Source: Bacillota bacterium (GTDB lineage: Bacteria > Bacillota > Limnochordia > DTU087). Taken from it: 57,305 nt of DNA. The stretch is taken from the NCBI GenBank assembly GCA_012839845.1, contig DUMM01000118.1, forward strand, positions 1 through 57,305, read 5' to 3'. Both the position numbers and the translations under genes were made by a program. Positions 26,923 through 36,742 of this stretch are shown in pieces (positions within the stretch are counted from its first letter, which is position 1; the number at the start of each line of letters is the position of its first letter). The notes beneath the pieces were generated by a model. That model saw only the letters and a program-made list of their open reading frames with translations. It was not told the origin of the DNA and did no database searches.

Positions 26923-28683
26923 CTACTCATCGAACTCCCACTGCAGCTTCGCCAAGTCTTTCAGGTCTTTGAGTGTCTTCTTACCTCTATCCTGCTTCTT
27001 GCCTTTTTCTTTTTCATTCGGCAGCTTGACCTTTCCCAGGTCCAAGCGTCCCGCGAGGGTAAAGCCGCCCTCATCATCGTCAGGTCCAACCACATACTCA
27101 GAAATCTCCGATTCATCCTGCTGCTGATCTGCGGAAAACAGGGTGGGCAGCGGTTCTTCTTCCAGCTCTTCCTCCAACAGGGATTCCAAATCCTGTTTGC
27201 GGGTCTTTCGGCTCTTACCCTTCCCAAGGCCTGCCGCCGGTTTGACGGTTCGCTTTCTCCAGAGGCTTTCCTCATCCACCTCATCATCGACGATTTCAGG
27301 TTCTTCCTCCAACTCATCTATCTCTTCATCCATGACTGCAGGTTCCGGAAGACCTAAATCGTCATCATACAGCTCATCCTCTTCCTCCAGCTCCTCCAGC
27401 GGCGGCTCTTCGTCATGGGTTATTTCATCAGGCTCTTCCGCCTCAGATTCTTCTTCAAGCTTCCTATCTCCACCAGCTGCGGCTAGTCTATCACTATTGC
27501 TGATGATCTCCACTGGTTCCGGTTCACGATGGCCAGCCGTGTCTTCTGCTGTGAGTTCCTCTGCTTCGGCAGTAAATTCTTCGCTGGGACCTTCCTCTAG
27601 CTCCCCATCCTTCGGCACTGCCCGTTCGAAGGCTTCTTTAGCCAAGATCTGAGCCATCTGCTCCTGGCTCTTGATATCGATCCTCCACCCGGTGAGTCGT
27701 GCCGCCAATCGAGCATTCTGTCCCTCTTTGCCGATAGCCAGGGACAGATGATTGTCCGGCACCACAGCCCGCGCGGTCTTGCTCGCCTCGTCTAAGTAGG
27801 TCTTGATCACACGGGCTGGACTAAGGGCGTTGGCGACAAATTCTTCCTCTGCAGGTGCCCAGGGTATAATGTCGATCTTCTCTCCCAGCAGCTCTGAGAC
27901 CACTGCTTGGACCCGCATTCCCCTAGGGCCTACACACGCGCCCACTGGGTCAACATTGGGGTCCCGAGAATACACCGCCACCTTAGTGCGGGAACCGGCT
28001 TCCCTGGCTATTGCCTTAATCTCCACAGTCCCATCGTAAATCTCCGGGACCTCCATCTCGAACAAGCGCAGAACCAAACCAGGGTGGGTACGGGAAACCG
28101 CTATATATGGTCCTTTGCCGGTTTGTCGGACTTCACTGATGTAGACTTTAATTCTGCTTCCCTGGGAGAGGGATTCGCCCGGCATCTGATCCGGTGGAGC
28201 CAAGACCGCCTCTGCTTTGCCTAGATCGATAATTACGTTGCGGTTTTCCCTGCGCTGAACAATACCGGTGACCACATCTCCCTCCCGGTTCTTGAATTCA
28301 TCATAGATGAGCGCCCTCTCGGCTTCACGAATTCTTTGAATCACTACCTGTTTGGCAGTCTGGGCGGCAATGCGGCCGAAATCCTCGGGGGTCACCTCTA
28401 CATCGATGACATCATCCAGTTCGTAGTTGGGATCTATGGCTTGAGCATCCTGCACGCTGATCTGTGTGGATTCATCGGTTACTTCGTCAACCACAGTCTT
28501 GCGGGCATAGACCTTAATCTCCCCCGTGTTCTCGTTAATCTCTACCCTCACGTTCTGCGCTGTCCCGTAATTGCGCTTGTAAGCTGTGGTTATTGCAGCC
28601 TGTATGGCTTCCAGTATGATTTCTTTAGTAATTCCCCGCTCTTTTTCCAACTCATTAAGAGCGCTCATCACTTCGAAATTCAT
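26923..28683 (-). CDS. nusA: Transcription termination/antitermination factor NusA with a ~240-aa acidic C-terminal extension
   Basis: N-terminal domain, S1, KH1 and KH2 ([37 protein letters not shown]) run to about aa 340. A D/E-rich low-complexity tail follows. Confidence 0.95.
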   Translation of the reverse strand: MNFEVMSALNELEKERGITKEIILEAIQAAITTAYKRNYGTAQNVRVEINENTGEIKVYARKTVVDEVTDESTQISVQDAQAIDPNYELDDVIDVEVTPEDFGRIAAQTAKQVVIQRIREAERALIYDEFKNREGDVVTGIVQRRENRNVIIDLGKAEAVLAPPDQMPGESLSQGSRIKVYISEVRQTGKGPYIAVSRTHPGLVLRLFEMEVPEIYDGTVEIKAIAREAGSRTKVAVYSRDPNVDPVGACVGPRGMRVQAVVSELLGEKIDIIPWAPAEEEFVANALSPARVIKTYLDEASKTARAVVPDNHLSLAIGKEGQNARLAARLTGWRIDIKSQEQMAQILAKEAFERAVPKDGELEEGPSEEFTAEAEELTAEDTAGHREPEPVEIISNSDRLAAAGGDRKLEEESEAEEPDEITHDEEPPLEELEEEDELYDDDLGLPEPAVMDEEIDELEEEPEIVDDEVDEESLWRKRTVKPAAGLGKGKSRKTRKQDLESLLEEELEEEPLPTLFSADQQQDESEISEYVVGPDDDEGGFTLAGRLDLGKVKLPNEKEKGKKQDRGKKTLKDLKDLAKLQWEFDE

Positions 28684-28705
28684 TTAAGTGCCCTCCTGTT
28701 TCCGC

Positions 28706-29170
28706 CTAAAACTCGATAGCCAGGTTGGCCTTTGCCACCTGGTCCCGAGGAATCCTAGTAATTTCGCCCCCCGACTCAACCACCACAGCGCCATCCTCCA
28801 GCCCCAGCAGCCTTCCTTCCCACACCTTCTTGCCTTGGTAAGGGGCATAGGTCCTGATATGTACCAGCCGTCCTGCAAACCTGGTAAAGTGCTCATCACG
28901 GGTTAGCGGCCTTTCTAGACCAGGCGAAGACACCTCCAGGGAATAGCTGCCTGGGATGGGATCTACCTCATCCAGCTTGGAGCTCAGCTGACGGCTCACC
29001 CTTTCGCAATCATCCAGGTTAACCCCACCCTCCTTGTCGATAAACACCCGCAAGATCCAGTCAGGACCTTCTTTGACGTACTCGACATCCACCAATTCCA
29101 ACTTTGGATAATCCTCCAAGATCTCCTCTGTCAGCTGAACAGTGATCCGCTCTATTTCCTGTCGAGACAT
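28706..29170 (-). CDS. rimP: Ribosome maturation factor RimP
   Basis: 154 aa. LRVFIDKEGGVNLDDCERVSRQLS...YSLEVSSPGLERPL. Confidence 0.93.
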   Translation of the reverse strand: MSRQEIERITVQLTEEILEDYPKLELVDVEYVKEGPDWILRVFIDKEGGVNLDDCERVSRQLSSKLDEVDPIPGSYSLEVSSPGLERPLTRDEHFTRFAGRLVHIRTYAPYQGKKVWEGRLLGLEDGAVVVESGGEITRIPRDQVAKANLAIEF

Positions 29171-29418
29171 TTTCCAGCCTCCATTTCCTTATTTAGCACA
29201 CCACCCGGCCAATATATGTAAAAAGACGCTCATTAAGGGTCAATGTGAAACGGGGAAGCATATCTGTGAGTACAGGCCGCAGGTTTCCCCTTTTACTACG
29301 AAAGAGTGGGAATTCCCCACTCTTCCAACAAACCTCCGGCGCTGTGAAAAATTCAGAGCCGCGCTTTGCCCCACATGAATCTGAGCATAGGGCATGCTCC
29401 GCGGCACTTACCAGTGTT

Positions 29419-29447
29419 AGTATACCACTTTGCTGTATTATTGACAA
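29419..29447 (-). promoter_or_regulatory. Sigma-A promoter of the rimP-nusA-infB operon
   Basis: Minus strand reads TTGTCA (29442-29447), a 17-nt spacer, then TGgTATACT (-10 at 29419-24). This predicts a ~240-nt leader. Confidence 0.65.
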
Positions 29448-29495
29448 GGCCTTCAGCTGAAAGAAACACGCCAAAAATCCAAACTGCGGTCATCT

Positions 29496-32400
29496 TTAGA
29501 AAAGAGACAGCTGGGAGGTCTTTGGCAACCCTGCCAGTGCGCCGTAGGCTGCCAGGGTTTCGATCACCGTACGGCTGACACCGCACCTCATTCTAATATC
29601 CTCCCACGAGGTAAAGGGCCCCGCCTTTCTGCCTTCAGCCAGCATCAGTGCTGCACTTTGCCCCACACCGGGCACAATTGCCAGCGGCGGCCTGAGTTTC
29701 CCGTTCTCAATGGTGAAGCGGGTGGGATGGGACCTGTACAGGTCCACGGGGAGAAACTCTATCCCCCGCAGCATTGCCTCCATGACCAGTTCAGCCACTG
29801 TCAGGAGGTTCTTTTCCTTGGCGGTGGCACTGGCGCTTCTGGCGGAGATATCGGCGACAATCTGCTTTACATCCTGAAGACCGCCTCTGATCAGTTGAAT
29901 GTCGAAGGCATCGAGTCGGACAGAAAAATAGGCGGCGTAATACGCCAGAGGATAATGTACTTTGAAGTAAGCTATCCGGAAAGCCATGGTGACATACGCC
30001 ACAGCATGGGCCTTGGGAAAAAGATAGCTGATCCTTCTACAGGAGTCGATGTACCACTGCGGTACTCCCACTCTTTCCATGGCCTCCACGTCCTCAGGCT
30101 TTAGTCCTTTGCCCTTTCTAACCTTTTCCATAATGGCAAAGGCAGTTGCCGGCTCCATTCCCAGCTGAATGAGGTAGTTCATGATATCATCCCGGGTAGC
30201 GATGGCCTGGCTGAGATTGGCAACGCCGTTCTTGATCAAGTCTTGGGCGTTATTGGTCCACACGTTGGTACCGTGGGAGAACCCGCTGATCCGGACCAGC
30301 TCTCCGAATGACTTCGGCCGGGTTTCTTCCAGCATCTGCCTGACAAATCTTGTCCCAAACTCAGGCACACCGAGAGTACCTACAGTGGTGCCCAGGTCAT
30401 CGGGGCTGACCCCTAAGGCCTCTACGCTGGAGAAGATGCTCATGGTGGCAGGATCATCCAGTGGTATGCTTAGGACCGATACCCCAGTCATATCCTCCAA
30501 CATTCTGAGCATTGTGGGGTCGTCATGGCCGAGAATGTCCAGCTTCACCAAATTGTCGCTGATGGCGTGGTAATCAAAGTGGGTGGTAATGGTACCGCTG
30601 GCAGCATCGTTGGCAGGATACTGCACCGGCGAGAACTCATTAATGTCTCGGCCCTCCGGAACCACGATCATGCCGCCGGGATGCTGGCCGGTGGTCCGCC
30701 GTACACCGGTACAGCCTCTGACGAGGCGATTGATCTCTGCGGTTCTGGCCGTTCGGCCTTTGCTTTCCAAGTATTTGCATACAAAGCCGTAGCTGGTCTT
30801 TTCCGCGAGAGTGCCGATGGTACCCGCGCGGAACACGTGGTCCTTGCCGAAAAGCTCCTCCGTGTATCTGTGGACACAGGCCTGGTATTCCCCGGAGAAG
30901 TTGAGATCTATGTCCGGTACCTTTTCTCCGTGGAAACCCATAAAGACCTCGAAGGGGATATCAAAGCCTAGTTTTCGGTATAGGGCTCCACATTGACAGT
31001 GTTTGTCCGGCAGATCGACACCGGTTTGAACCGAACCGTCGGTGATGAACTCCACATGATGGCACTGGGGACAAACATAATGGGGCGGCAGGGGGTTAAC
31101 CTCCGTGACTCCGCAAAGGGTGGCCACCAGGGAGGACCCCACAGAACCTCGGGAACCTACCAGATAGCCGTCGCTTAGGGATTTTTGCACCAACTTGTGG
31201 GCGATGAGATACAAGACAGCAAAACCGTTGCCGACGATGGCCTTTAGTTCCTTCTCGATCCTCTCTGCCACAAGCTGAGGTAAAGGGTCTCCGTACAGCT
31301 TTCTGGCATTGGCGTAGGTCATCTCAGTGATCTGCTCCTCAGCCCCTTCGATTCTCGGAGCGTGGAGGCCGCTGGGTATGGGCCGCACCTCTTCAATCAT
31401 GTCCGCGATACTGTTCGGGGCATAGATCACCACTTCTTTGGCCGTCTCTTCGCCGAGATAATCAAATTCCGCTAGCATTTCTGCAGTAGTCCGGAAAAAC
31501 AAGGGTGCTTGCCTTTCTACATCTTCATAGCCCTGAGCGGCCAGGAGAACGCGGCGGTAGATTTCATCCCATGGGTTCAGGAAGTGGACATCGCAGGTAG
31601 CCACCACTGGTTTCCCCAGGCGCTTGCCTAGGGCAACGATGCGGCGGTTTATCTCTTTTAGGTCGTCGTACGACTGGACCTTGTCACCGATCATGAAGGC
31701 GTTGTTGGCCAAAGGCTGAATTTCCAAGTAATCGTAAAAAGCGGCTTTTTTCAGCAGCTTGTCTTCATCGATACCCTGGAGGACTGCTTGATAGACCTCC
31801 CCCGCTTCGCACGCCGAGCCGATGAACAGCCCATCCCGATATCTTTCGATCAATTGGCGGGGCAGTCTGGGCCGACGGTAGAAATACTGCAGGTGAGATA
31901 TGGATACCAGTTTGTATAGGTTGTACAGTCCCTGTTGGTTCTTAGCCAAGAGTACAATGTGGTAAGACTGAGCTTTAGGATCATCTCCGTCGACAAGATA
32001 GCCCTCAATCCCGTAAATGACCTTAATACCAGCTTTCTTGCCGGCATAGTAGGCCTCGGGAAAAGCCTGAACAACTCCATGATCCGTAATGGCTACGGCT
32101 TTGTGGCCCCAGCTTGCGGCCAGCTGAATCACTTCTTCGGTATCCACCGTCCCGTCCATAGCCGACATCTTGGTATGTAGGTGGAGTTCCACCCGCTTTT
32201 CGGGGGCCTCGTCCCGGCGGATAAACTCTGCCGGCGGCTCTTGAGTTTCTATATCATTGGGCAGGATGATGAGCTCCTGGGTGTAGCGGTCCCATTGAAC
32301 GGGCCCCCTCACCCGCAGCCACATACCAGTGCTTATTCTCTCCGCCAGCCGGGGAGCATTCTCCTCCTCGAACAACTTGAGGGTAATGGAATCCCGATAG

Positions 32401-33008
32401 TCGGTGATATCGATCATCAAAAGGCGCCGACCGCTGCGCAGCTCCCGTTCTTCCAGATTGATCACTTCCCCGGCAGTGACGAAAGAGCGCTCTTCATCAG
32501 TTATCTCAGCTATGGAACGGGGCTCATCTTTAATGGGGCGTCCCTTCAGCACGCTTTCCGAGCCTTCGAGCGCAGCATCAGCTGCTTCCGGGGAGGGACC
32601 TTCAGCCATCTGCAAGCTGGCTCGCTCCATGATGTAAGAAATATAGGTAGCTTCGTCGGCAAGCAGCAGATCATCGACAGACTGCCTTTCTGGATGGTTA
32701 TTTCCGTTGACGACAACATCAAAGGAAACGGAACGCACCCCCGGCAGCAGTTCAACCAGTTTGCGGCTCAATGAGTCCAGTTCCAAGGGGCACAGATCTT
32801 CTCCGGATGTGAGGCAGATCTTCCACTCTTGACGCTGGCAGTTGACCAAGACTTTTTCTACAACAGCTTGGGCGGCCTTTCCTTCGCAACTTACCGGAAG
32901 TTGAGCCGCCCGCAGGAAATCTGATAGGCATTGTCCCTTAACTTGGGGAGTCACCACGTATACAGTTGCGTTGCTAGCCACTTTCAGAATCCTTTCTGGT
33001 TGCAGCAA
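29496..33008 (-). CDS. polC: DNA polymerase III PolC-type alpha subunit lacking the 3'-5' exonuclease insertion
   Basis: 1170 aa. OB region (RSGRRLLMIDITDYRDSITLKLF), PHP (VELHLHTKMSAMDG, ITDHG), polymerase core (GSRGSVGSSLVA, Zn finger CPQCHH...CQCG, PDIDLNFSGEYQ), and the PolC C-terminus SQLSLF. No DEDDh block lies between IEGYLVDGDD and YHIVLLAKN. Confidence 0.9.
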   Translation of the reverse strand: MLQPERILKVASNATVYVVTPQVKGQCLSDFLRAAQLPVSCEGKAAQAVVEKVLVNCQRQEWKICLTSGEDLCPLELDSLSRKLVELLPGVRSVSFDVVVNGNNHPERQSVDDLLLADEATYISYIMERASLQMAEGPSPEAADAALEGSESVLKGRPIKDEPRSIAEITDEERSFVTAGEVINLEERELRSGRRLLMIDITDYRDSITLKLFEEENAPRLAERISTGMWLRVRGPVQWDRYTQELIILPNDIETQEPPAEFIRRDEAPEKRVELHLHTKMSAMDGTVDTEEVIQLAASWGHKAVAITDHGVVQAFPEAYYAGKKAGIKVIYGIEGYLVDGDDPKAQSYHIVLLAKNQQGLYNLYKLVSISHLQYFYRRPRLPRQLIERYRDGLFIGSACEAGEVYQAVLQGIDEDKLLKKAAFYDYLEIQPLANNAFMIGDKVQSYDDLKEINRRIVALGKRLGKPVVATCDVHFLNPWDEIYRRVLLAAQGYEDVERQAPLFFRTTAEMLAEFDYLGEETAKEVVIYAPNSIADMIEEVRPIPSGLHAPRIEGAEEQITEMTYANARKLYGDPLPQLVAERIEKELKAIVGNGFAVLYLIAHKLVQKSLSDGYLVGSRGSVGSSLVATLCGVTEVNPLPPHYVCPQCHHVEFITDGSVQTGVDLPDKHCQCGALYRKLGFDIPFEVFMGFHGEKVPDIDLNFSGEYQACVHRYTEELFGKDHVFRAGTIGTLAEKTSYGFVCKYLESKGRTARTAEINRLVRGCTGVRRTTGQHPGGMIVVPEGRDINEFSPVQYPANDAASGTITTHFDYHAISDNLVKLDILGHDDPTMLRMLEDMTGVSVLSIPLDDPATMSIFSSVEALGVSPDDLGTTVGTLGVPEFGTRFVRQMLEETRPKSFGELVRISGFSHGTNVWTNNAQDLIKNGVANLSQAIATRDDIMNYLIQLGMEPATAFAIMEKVRKGKGLKPEDVEAMERVGVPQWYIDSCRRISYLFPKAHAVAYVTMAFRIAYFKVHYPLAYYAAYFSVRLDAFDIQLIRGGLQDVKQIVADISARSASATAKEKNLLTVAELVMEAMLRGIEFLPVDLYRSHPTRFTIENGKLRPPLAIVPGVGQSAALMLAEGRKAGPFTSWEDIRMRCGVSRTVIETLAAYGALAGLPKTSQLSLF

Positions 33009-33014
33009 AGTCTC

Positions 33015-33725
33015 TTATCTGAATCCCAAAACCCTTAAAATCTCCCAATACATCTTGAGACGGTTGCGTGCACCTGGAATCAGTCCTTGCTTTTCCTCTT
33101 TCATGAGGTGGGACACGTCTTTCAGGAGCACCTTTTCCACCCGGATGCCGTTGGCAGCCACGTACCTAGAGATAGCTACCTCCACGCCGTACCGGCTGTC
33201 TTCCAGCTGGGGTATGTTCTCCAGGATTTCCCGGCGGATAGCCCTCTGACCTGAAAGAAATGGCGTCAGCTTTTGAGCCAAAGTGGTAGGAGCCCGTCCG
33301 CCGGCGAAGATCCCTACGGTCATGTCTGTTCTGCCGGAAATAACCGGTTCCAGCAGGTCCAGGCAATGGGCTTCCGTAAGCCCCACAAGGTCTGCATCTA
33401 AGAACAACAAAATGTCTGCTGTGGTGGCCTTGGCCCCAGCTTTCATGGCTCCCCCTTTGCCCCGGTTGGGATACAGGTTGATAACCCTAGCTCCTAAGCT
33501 GTTGGCCACCTCAGCTGTGCGATCCGAGGACCCATCATTGACTACAATCACTTCATCGATGGCCTCGCATCTTTGCACCACCTGGAGTATGCTGCCGACG
33601 GTATGCTCCTCGTTGTAAGCGGGAATAACGGCAGCAACCCTGACTTTGGCACCTGCTGCATTTTCGCTAGCCTTTGCACCTGCGTTTGGATTCTGCGATG
33701 GCGCTCGCGATTCTGTCTTGAACAT
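33015..33725 (-). CDS. Family 2 glycosyltransferase (small, soluble type)
   Basis: [10 protein letters not shown]...[12 protein letters not shown]...FLDADL (the DxD motif). It lies 6 nt upstream of polC. The start is uncertain because the ORF overlaps the proS 3' end by 59 nt. Confidence 0.75.
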   Translation of the reverse strand: MFKTESRAPSQNPNAGAKASENAAGAKVRVAAVIPAYNEEHTVGSILQVVQRCEAIDEVIVVNDGSSDRTAEVANSLGARVINLYPNRGKGGAMKAGAKATTADILLFLDADLVGLTEAHCLDLLEPVISGRTDMTVGIFAGGRAPTTLAQKLTPFLSGQRAIRREILENIPQLEDSRYGVEVAISRYVAANGIRVEKVLLKDVSHLMKEEKQGLIPGARNRLKMYWEILRVLGFR

Positions 33726-35397
33726 GACTCACCACTTCATTCAATGAGATCAAATACTCCTCTCCGGTGGCCCGCCAGCGGACTTCGACTTGTCCCTCTG
33801 CCAAGCCCCGAGGTCCGACGGTAATCCTGATGGGGAATCCGATTAAATCGGCATCTTTGAATTTTACGCCCGGACGCTCATCCCGATCGTCGATCACCGC
33901 CTCCACTCCAGCTGCGGTGAGTTCCGCGTAAACCCTTTCAGCCGCGGTCCTTTGCTGTTCATCCCGATAATTGACCGGAACAACATCCACATGATAGGGG
34001 GCAACACTGACCGGCCAGCATATACCGTGTTCATCATGATACTGCTCAATGATGGCTGCCATTGTGCGGCTGATTCCTATACCGTAGCAGCCCATAATCA
34101 GCGGTCGCTCAACGCCATCCTCGTCGGCAAAAGTAGCGCCTAAGGGCTTGCTGTACTTGGTTCCAAGCTTGAAGACTTGTCCAACCTCAATACCTCTAGC
34201 ACCTTGCAGAATCCCTTTGCCGCACGGACATGGATCTCCAGGCTGTGCCTTGCGGATATCTATTACCATATCGGGGACAAAATCGCGTCCCGGCTTTACA
34301 CCCTGCAGGTGAACGTCCACTTTATTGCCACCTGTGATGCCGCTTTCGATGTTCATCACAGCTGGGTCGGCGATGATCTTGCAGTTTTTCAAGCCTACGG
34401 GGCCCGCAAATCCCCGGGGAGCACCGGTCACTCTTTCGATGGTTTCATCGTCAGCTAGTTCTACTTCAAGGCAGCCAACTGCCCTGGCAAGCTTGATTTC
34501 ATTCACTTCGTGATCTCCCCGCAGCACAGCGGCTACCACTTGCTCGCCGCCTCGATAAATCAGAGTCTTCATCATTTCACTCGCGGGCCTGTTGAAAAAC
34601 TTCTCCAATTCCTCTATGGTCTTTACACCCGGAGTTGCCACTTCAGCCAGCTGGTCCTCTCGACCCGTCGGTTCAGCAGGCGGCGTGAGGCACCGGGCCT
34701 TCTCCACATTGGCGGCATAATCGCAGGTGCTGCAGTAGACAATTTCTGCCTCGCCGGCATCGGCGATAGCCATGAACTCGTGGGTTTGATTTCCCCCAAT
34801 TGCTCCCGGGTCCGCCTCAACCGGTCTGAAATTCAGACCGCAGCGGGCAAAAACCCGCTCATAGGCGTGGAACATTGCCCAATAGCTTTTATCCAGTCCC
34901 TCCTCATCCCGGTCAAAGGAGTAGAGGTCCTTCATAATAAACTCTCTGCCGCGCATGACTCCAAATCGGGGGCGGATCTCATCGCGGTACTTGTTCTGAA
35001 TCTGATACAGCATAAGGGGAAGCTGCCTGTAGGACCGCACTTCGTTTCTGACCAAGGCAGTTATGATCTCTTCGTGGGTAGGGCCCAAGCAAAACTGCCT
35101 GTCGTTGCGGTCGCTCAGCTTAAACATCTCCTCGCCGTAATCATCCCAACGGCCTGTCTCGTGCCATAGTTCCGCAGGCTGGATAATGGGCAGCAGCACT
35201 TCCTGACCGCCGGCAGCATCCATCTCTTCCCGTACGATCTGCGTGATTTTCTGCAGTACCCGAAACCCCAAGGGCAGATAAGTATAGATTCCAGCTGCTA
35301 CCTTGCGCATCATCGCGGCCCGCAGCATTAATTGGTGGCTTGCGATTTCCGCTTCTGCAGGAACTTCCCGCAAAGTCGGCATCAAGAGCTTCGACAT
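33667..35397 (-). CDS. proS: Proline--tRNA ligase (bacterial type with INS editing domain)
   Basis: [44 protein letters not shown]. Class II motifs are present. ATG at 35397. Confidence 0.95.
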   Translation of the reverse strand: MSKLLMPTLREVPAEAEIASHQLMLRAAMMRKVAAGIYTYLPLGFRVLQKITQIVREEMDAAGGQEVLLPIIQPAELWHETGRWDDYGEEMFKLSDRNDRQFCLGPTHEEIITALVRNEVRSYRQLPLMLYQIQNKYRDEIRPRFGVMRGREFIMKDLYSFDRDEEGLDKSYWAMFHAYERVFARCGLNFRPVEADPGAIGGNQTHEFMAIADAGEAEIVYCSTCDYAANVEKARCLTPPAEPTGREDQLAEVATPGVKTIEELEKFFNRPASEMMKTLIYRGGEQVVAAVLRGDHEVNEIKLARAVGCLEVELADDETIERVTGAPRGFAGPVGLKNCKIIADPAVMNIESGITGGNKVDVHLQGVKPGRDFVPDMVIDIRKAQPGDPCPCGKGILQGARGIEVGQVFKLGTKYSKPLGATFADEDGVERPLIMGCYGIGISRTMAAIIEQYHDEHGICWPVSVAPYHVDVVPVNYRDEQQRTAAERVYAELTAAGVEAVIDDRDERPGVKFKDADLIGFPIRITVGPRGLAEGQVEVRWRATGEEYLISLNEVVSHVQDRIASAIAESKRRCKG

Positions 35398-35428
35398 CCT
35401 CAATCTCAACACCCCCGAAATCAAAACA

Positions 35429-35458
35429 ATTGTAACAAACCGTCAGAATCCCTGTCAA
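35429..35458 (-). promoter_or_regulatory. Sigma-A promoter upstream of proS
   Basis: Minus strand reads TTGACA (35453-35458), an 18-nt spacer, then TACAAT (35429-35434). Confidence 0.55.
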
Positions 35459-35494
35459 CACGAGGCAAAGGTCCCAGTCACCGGATGGGAACAA

Positions 35495-36742
35495 TCATCC
35501 TTGGGCCAGCTGCTCCACAGCCTTTACCAGGACATCCACTGCCTCTTCTGCCGGGAACTGTCCAATCAGCTTACCTTTTCGGAAAAGCACAACCTTATCC
35601 CTGCCGCCGGCAATGCCGATATCCGCATCCCTTGCCTCCCCGGGTCCATTGACAACACAGCCCATAACTGCCACCTTGAGCGGTACCGTGAGGTCTTTGA
35701 GGCGGTGTTCTACCTGGTGGGCAATACGGATGAGGTCGATCTGGCAGCGCCCACAGGTAGGACAGGATATGATTTCTACTCCTCTCTGCCTGAGGCCCAG
35801 GGCTTGGAGAATACCGTAAGCAACCCGCACTTCGTCCACTGGATCTCCGGTTAGGGAGACACGGATGGTATCTCCCAGGCCCATGGCCAAGATGATACCA
35901 ATACCAACTGAAGACTTGATGGTGCCCTGAGAGGCTGTCCCCGCCTCAGTGATTCCCACATGGAGAGGATACGCTACTCGCTGGGCGATCAGCCGGTACG
36001 CCTGGACAGTGGTGGCAACATCGGACGCTTTAAGTGAGATGACGATATCATAAAACGACTCATCTTCAAGGATTTTGACGTGCTGCAGTGCACTCTCCAC
36101 CAGCGCCTCTGGGACACGGCCTCCGTATCTATCCAGCAAGGGCTTGGCCAGAGATCCGGCGTTAACGCCGATACGGATTGGTATGTTCTTTTCCTTGGCG
36201 GCAGATACTACTGCTTCTACTTTCTGACGGCTGCCGATATTACCGGGGTTGATCCTCAGCTTGCTGACTCCGGCCTCTATCGCCTGCAGTGCCAGCCGAT
36301 GGTCAAAATGGATATCGGCAATTATAGGTATGCCCGCCTCCCGGCAAAGCGTAGGCAGGGCAGCTACTGCCTTTTCGTCAGGGACCGCAACCCGCACCAG
36401 CTCACAGCCCGCCTCCTTGAGGGCTGCGATTTGAGCTAGCGTGGCACCTATATCCCGGGTATCGGTGTTGGTCATGGACTGCACTGCGATGGGCGCACCG
36501 CCGCCGACGGGTACGTCTTTGACGTACACCCGTCGAGTCCTATCGCGCAGAACAACATCTCCTTCCCAAGCGGTAGGGTCAAGCAGCGGTTTTGTCTTGG
36601 CATTCAGCACGTCTTTCAATTTAGTGCTACCCTCCCTTCCAGGAAGGCTGGGAGCTTCCCGGTAGGTGGAAATTAGATTCTGCAAATGGGCCTCGGATTG
36701 CTCCGCTCTTTTTCCACAGGCTGTTTGGCAGCTGCAGGTCAA
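35495..36742 (-). CDS. ispG: 4-hydroxy-3-methylbut-2-enyl diphosphate synthase (flavodoxin)
   Basis: VGGGAPIAVQSMTNTDT, RINPGNIG and the Fe-S cysteines (SCPTCGRC, GCVVNGPGE). The 5' end is uncertain. The ORF-track TTG start gives a long N-terminus. Confidence 0.9.
   Translation of the reverse strand: MTCSCQTACGKRAEQSEAHLQNLISTYREAPSLPGREGSTKLKDVLNAKTKPLLDPTAWEGDVVLRDRTRRVYVKDVPVGGGAPIAVQSMTNTDTRDIGATLAQIAALKEAGCELVRVAVPDEKAVAALPTLCREAGIPIIADIHFDHRLALQAIEAGVSKLRINPGNIGSRQKVEAVVSAAKEKNIPIRIGVNAGSLAKPLLDRYGGRVPEALVESALQHVKILEDESFYDIVISLKASDVATTVQAYRLIAQRVAYPLHVGITEAGTASQGTIKSSVGIGIILAMGLGDTIRVSLTGDPVDEVRVAYGILQALGLRQRGVEIISCPTCGRCQIDLIRIAHQVEHRLKDLTVPLKVAVMGCVVNGPGEARDADIGIAGGRDKVVLFRKGKLIGQFPAEEAVDVLVKAVEQLAQG

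Noticed and set aside
27143-27652. A 169-aa poly-Ser plus-strand ORF.
   Set aside because: It is the reverse-complement reading of the GAA/GAG/GAT-rich acidic NusA tail. It is not an independent gene.
35398-35494. A possible T-box leader upstream of proS.
   Set aside because: Only ~100 nt separate ispG from proS. That is too short for a T-box, and I saw no specifier-loop or T-box (AGGGUGGNACCGCG-like) sequence. A simple sigma-A promoter fits better.
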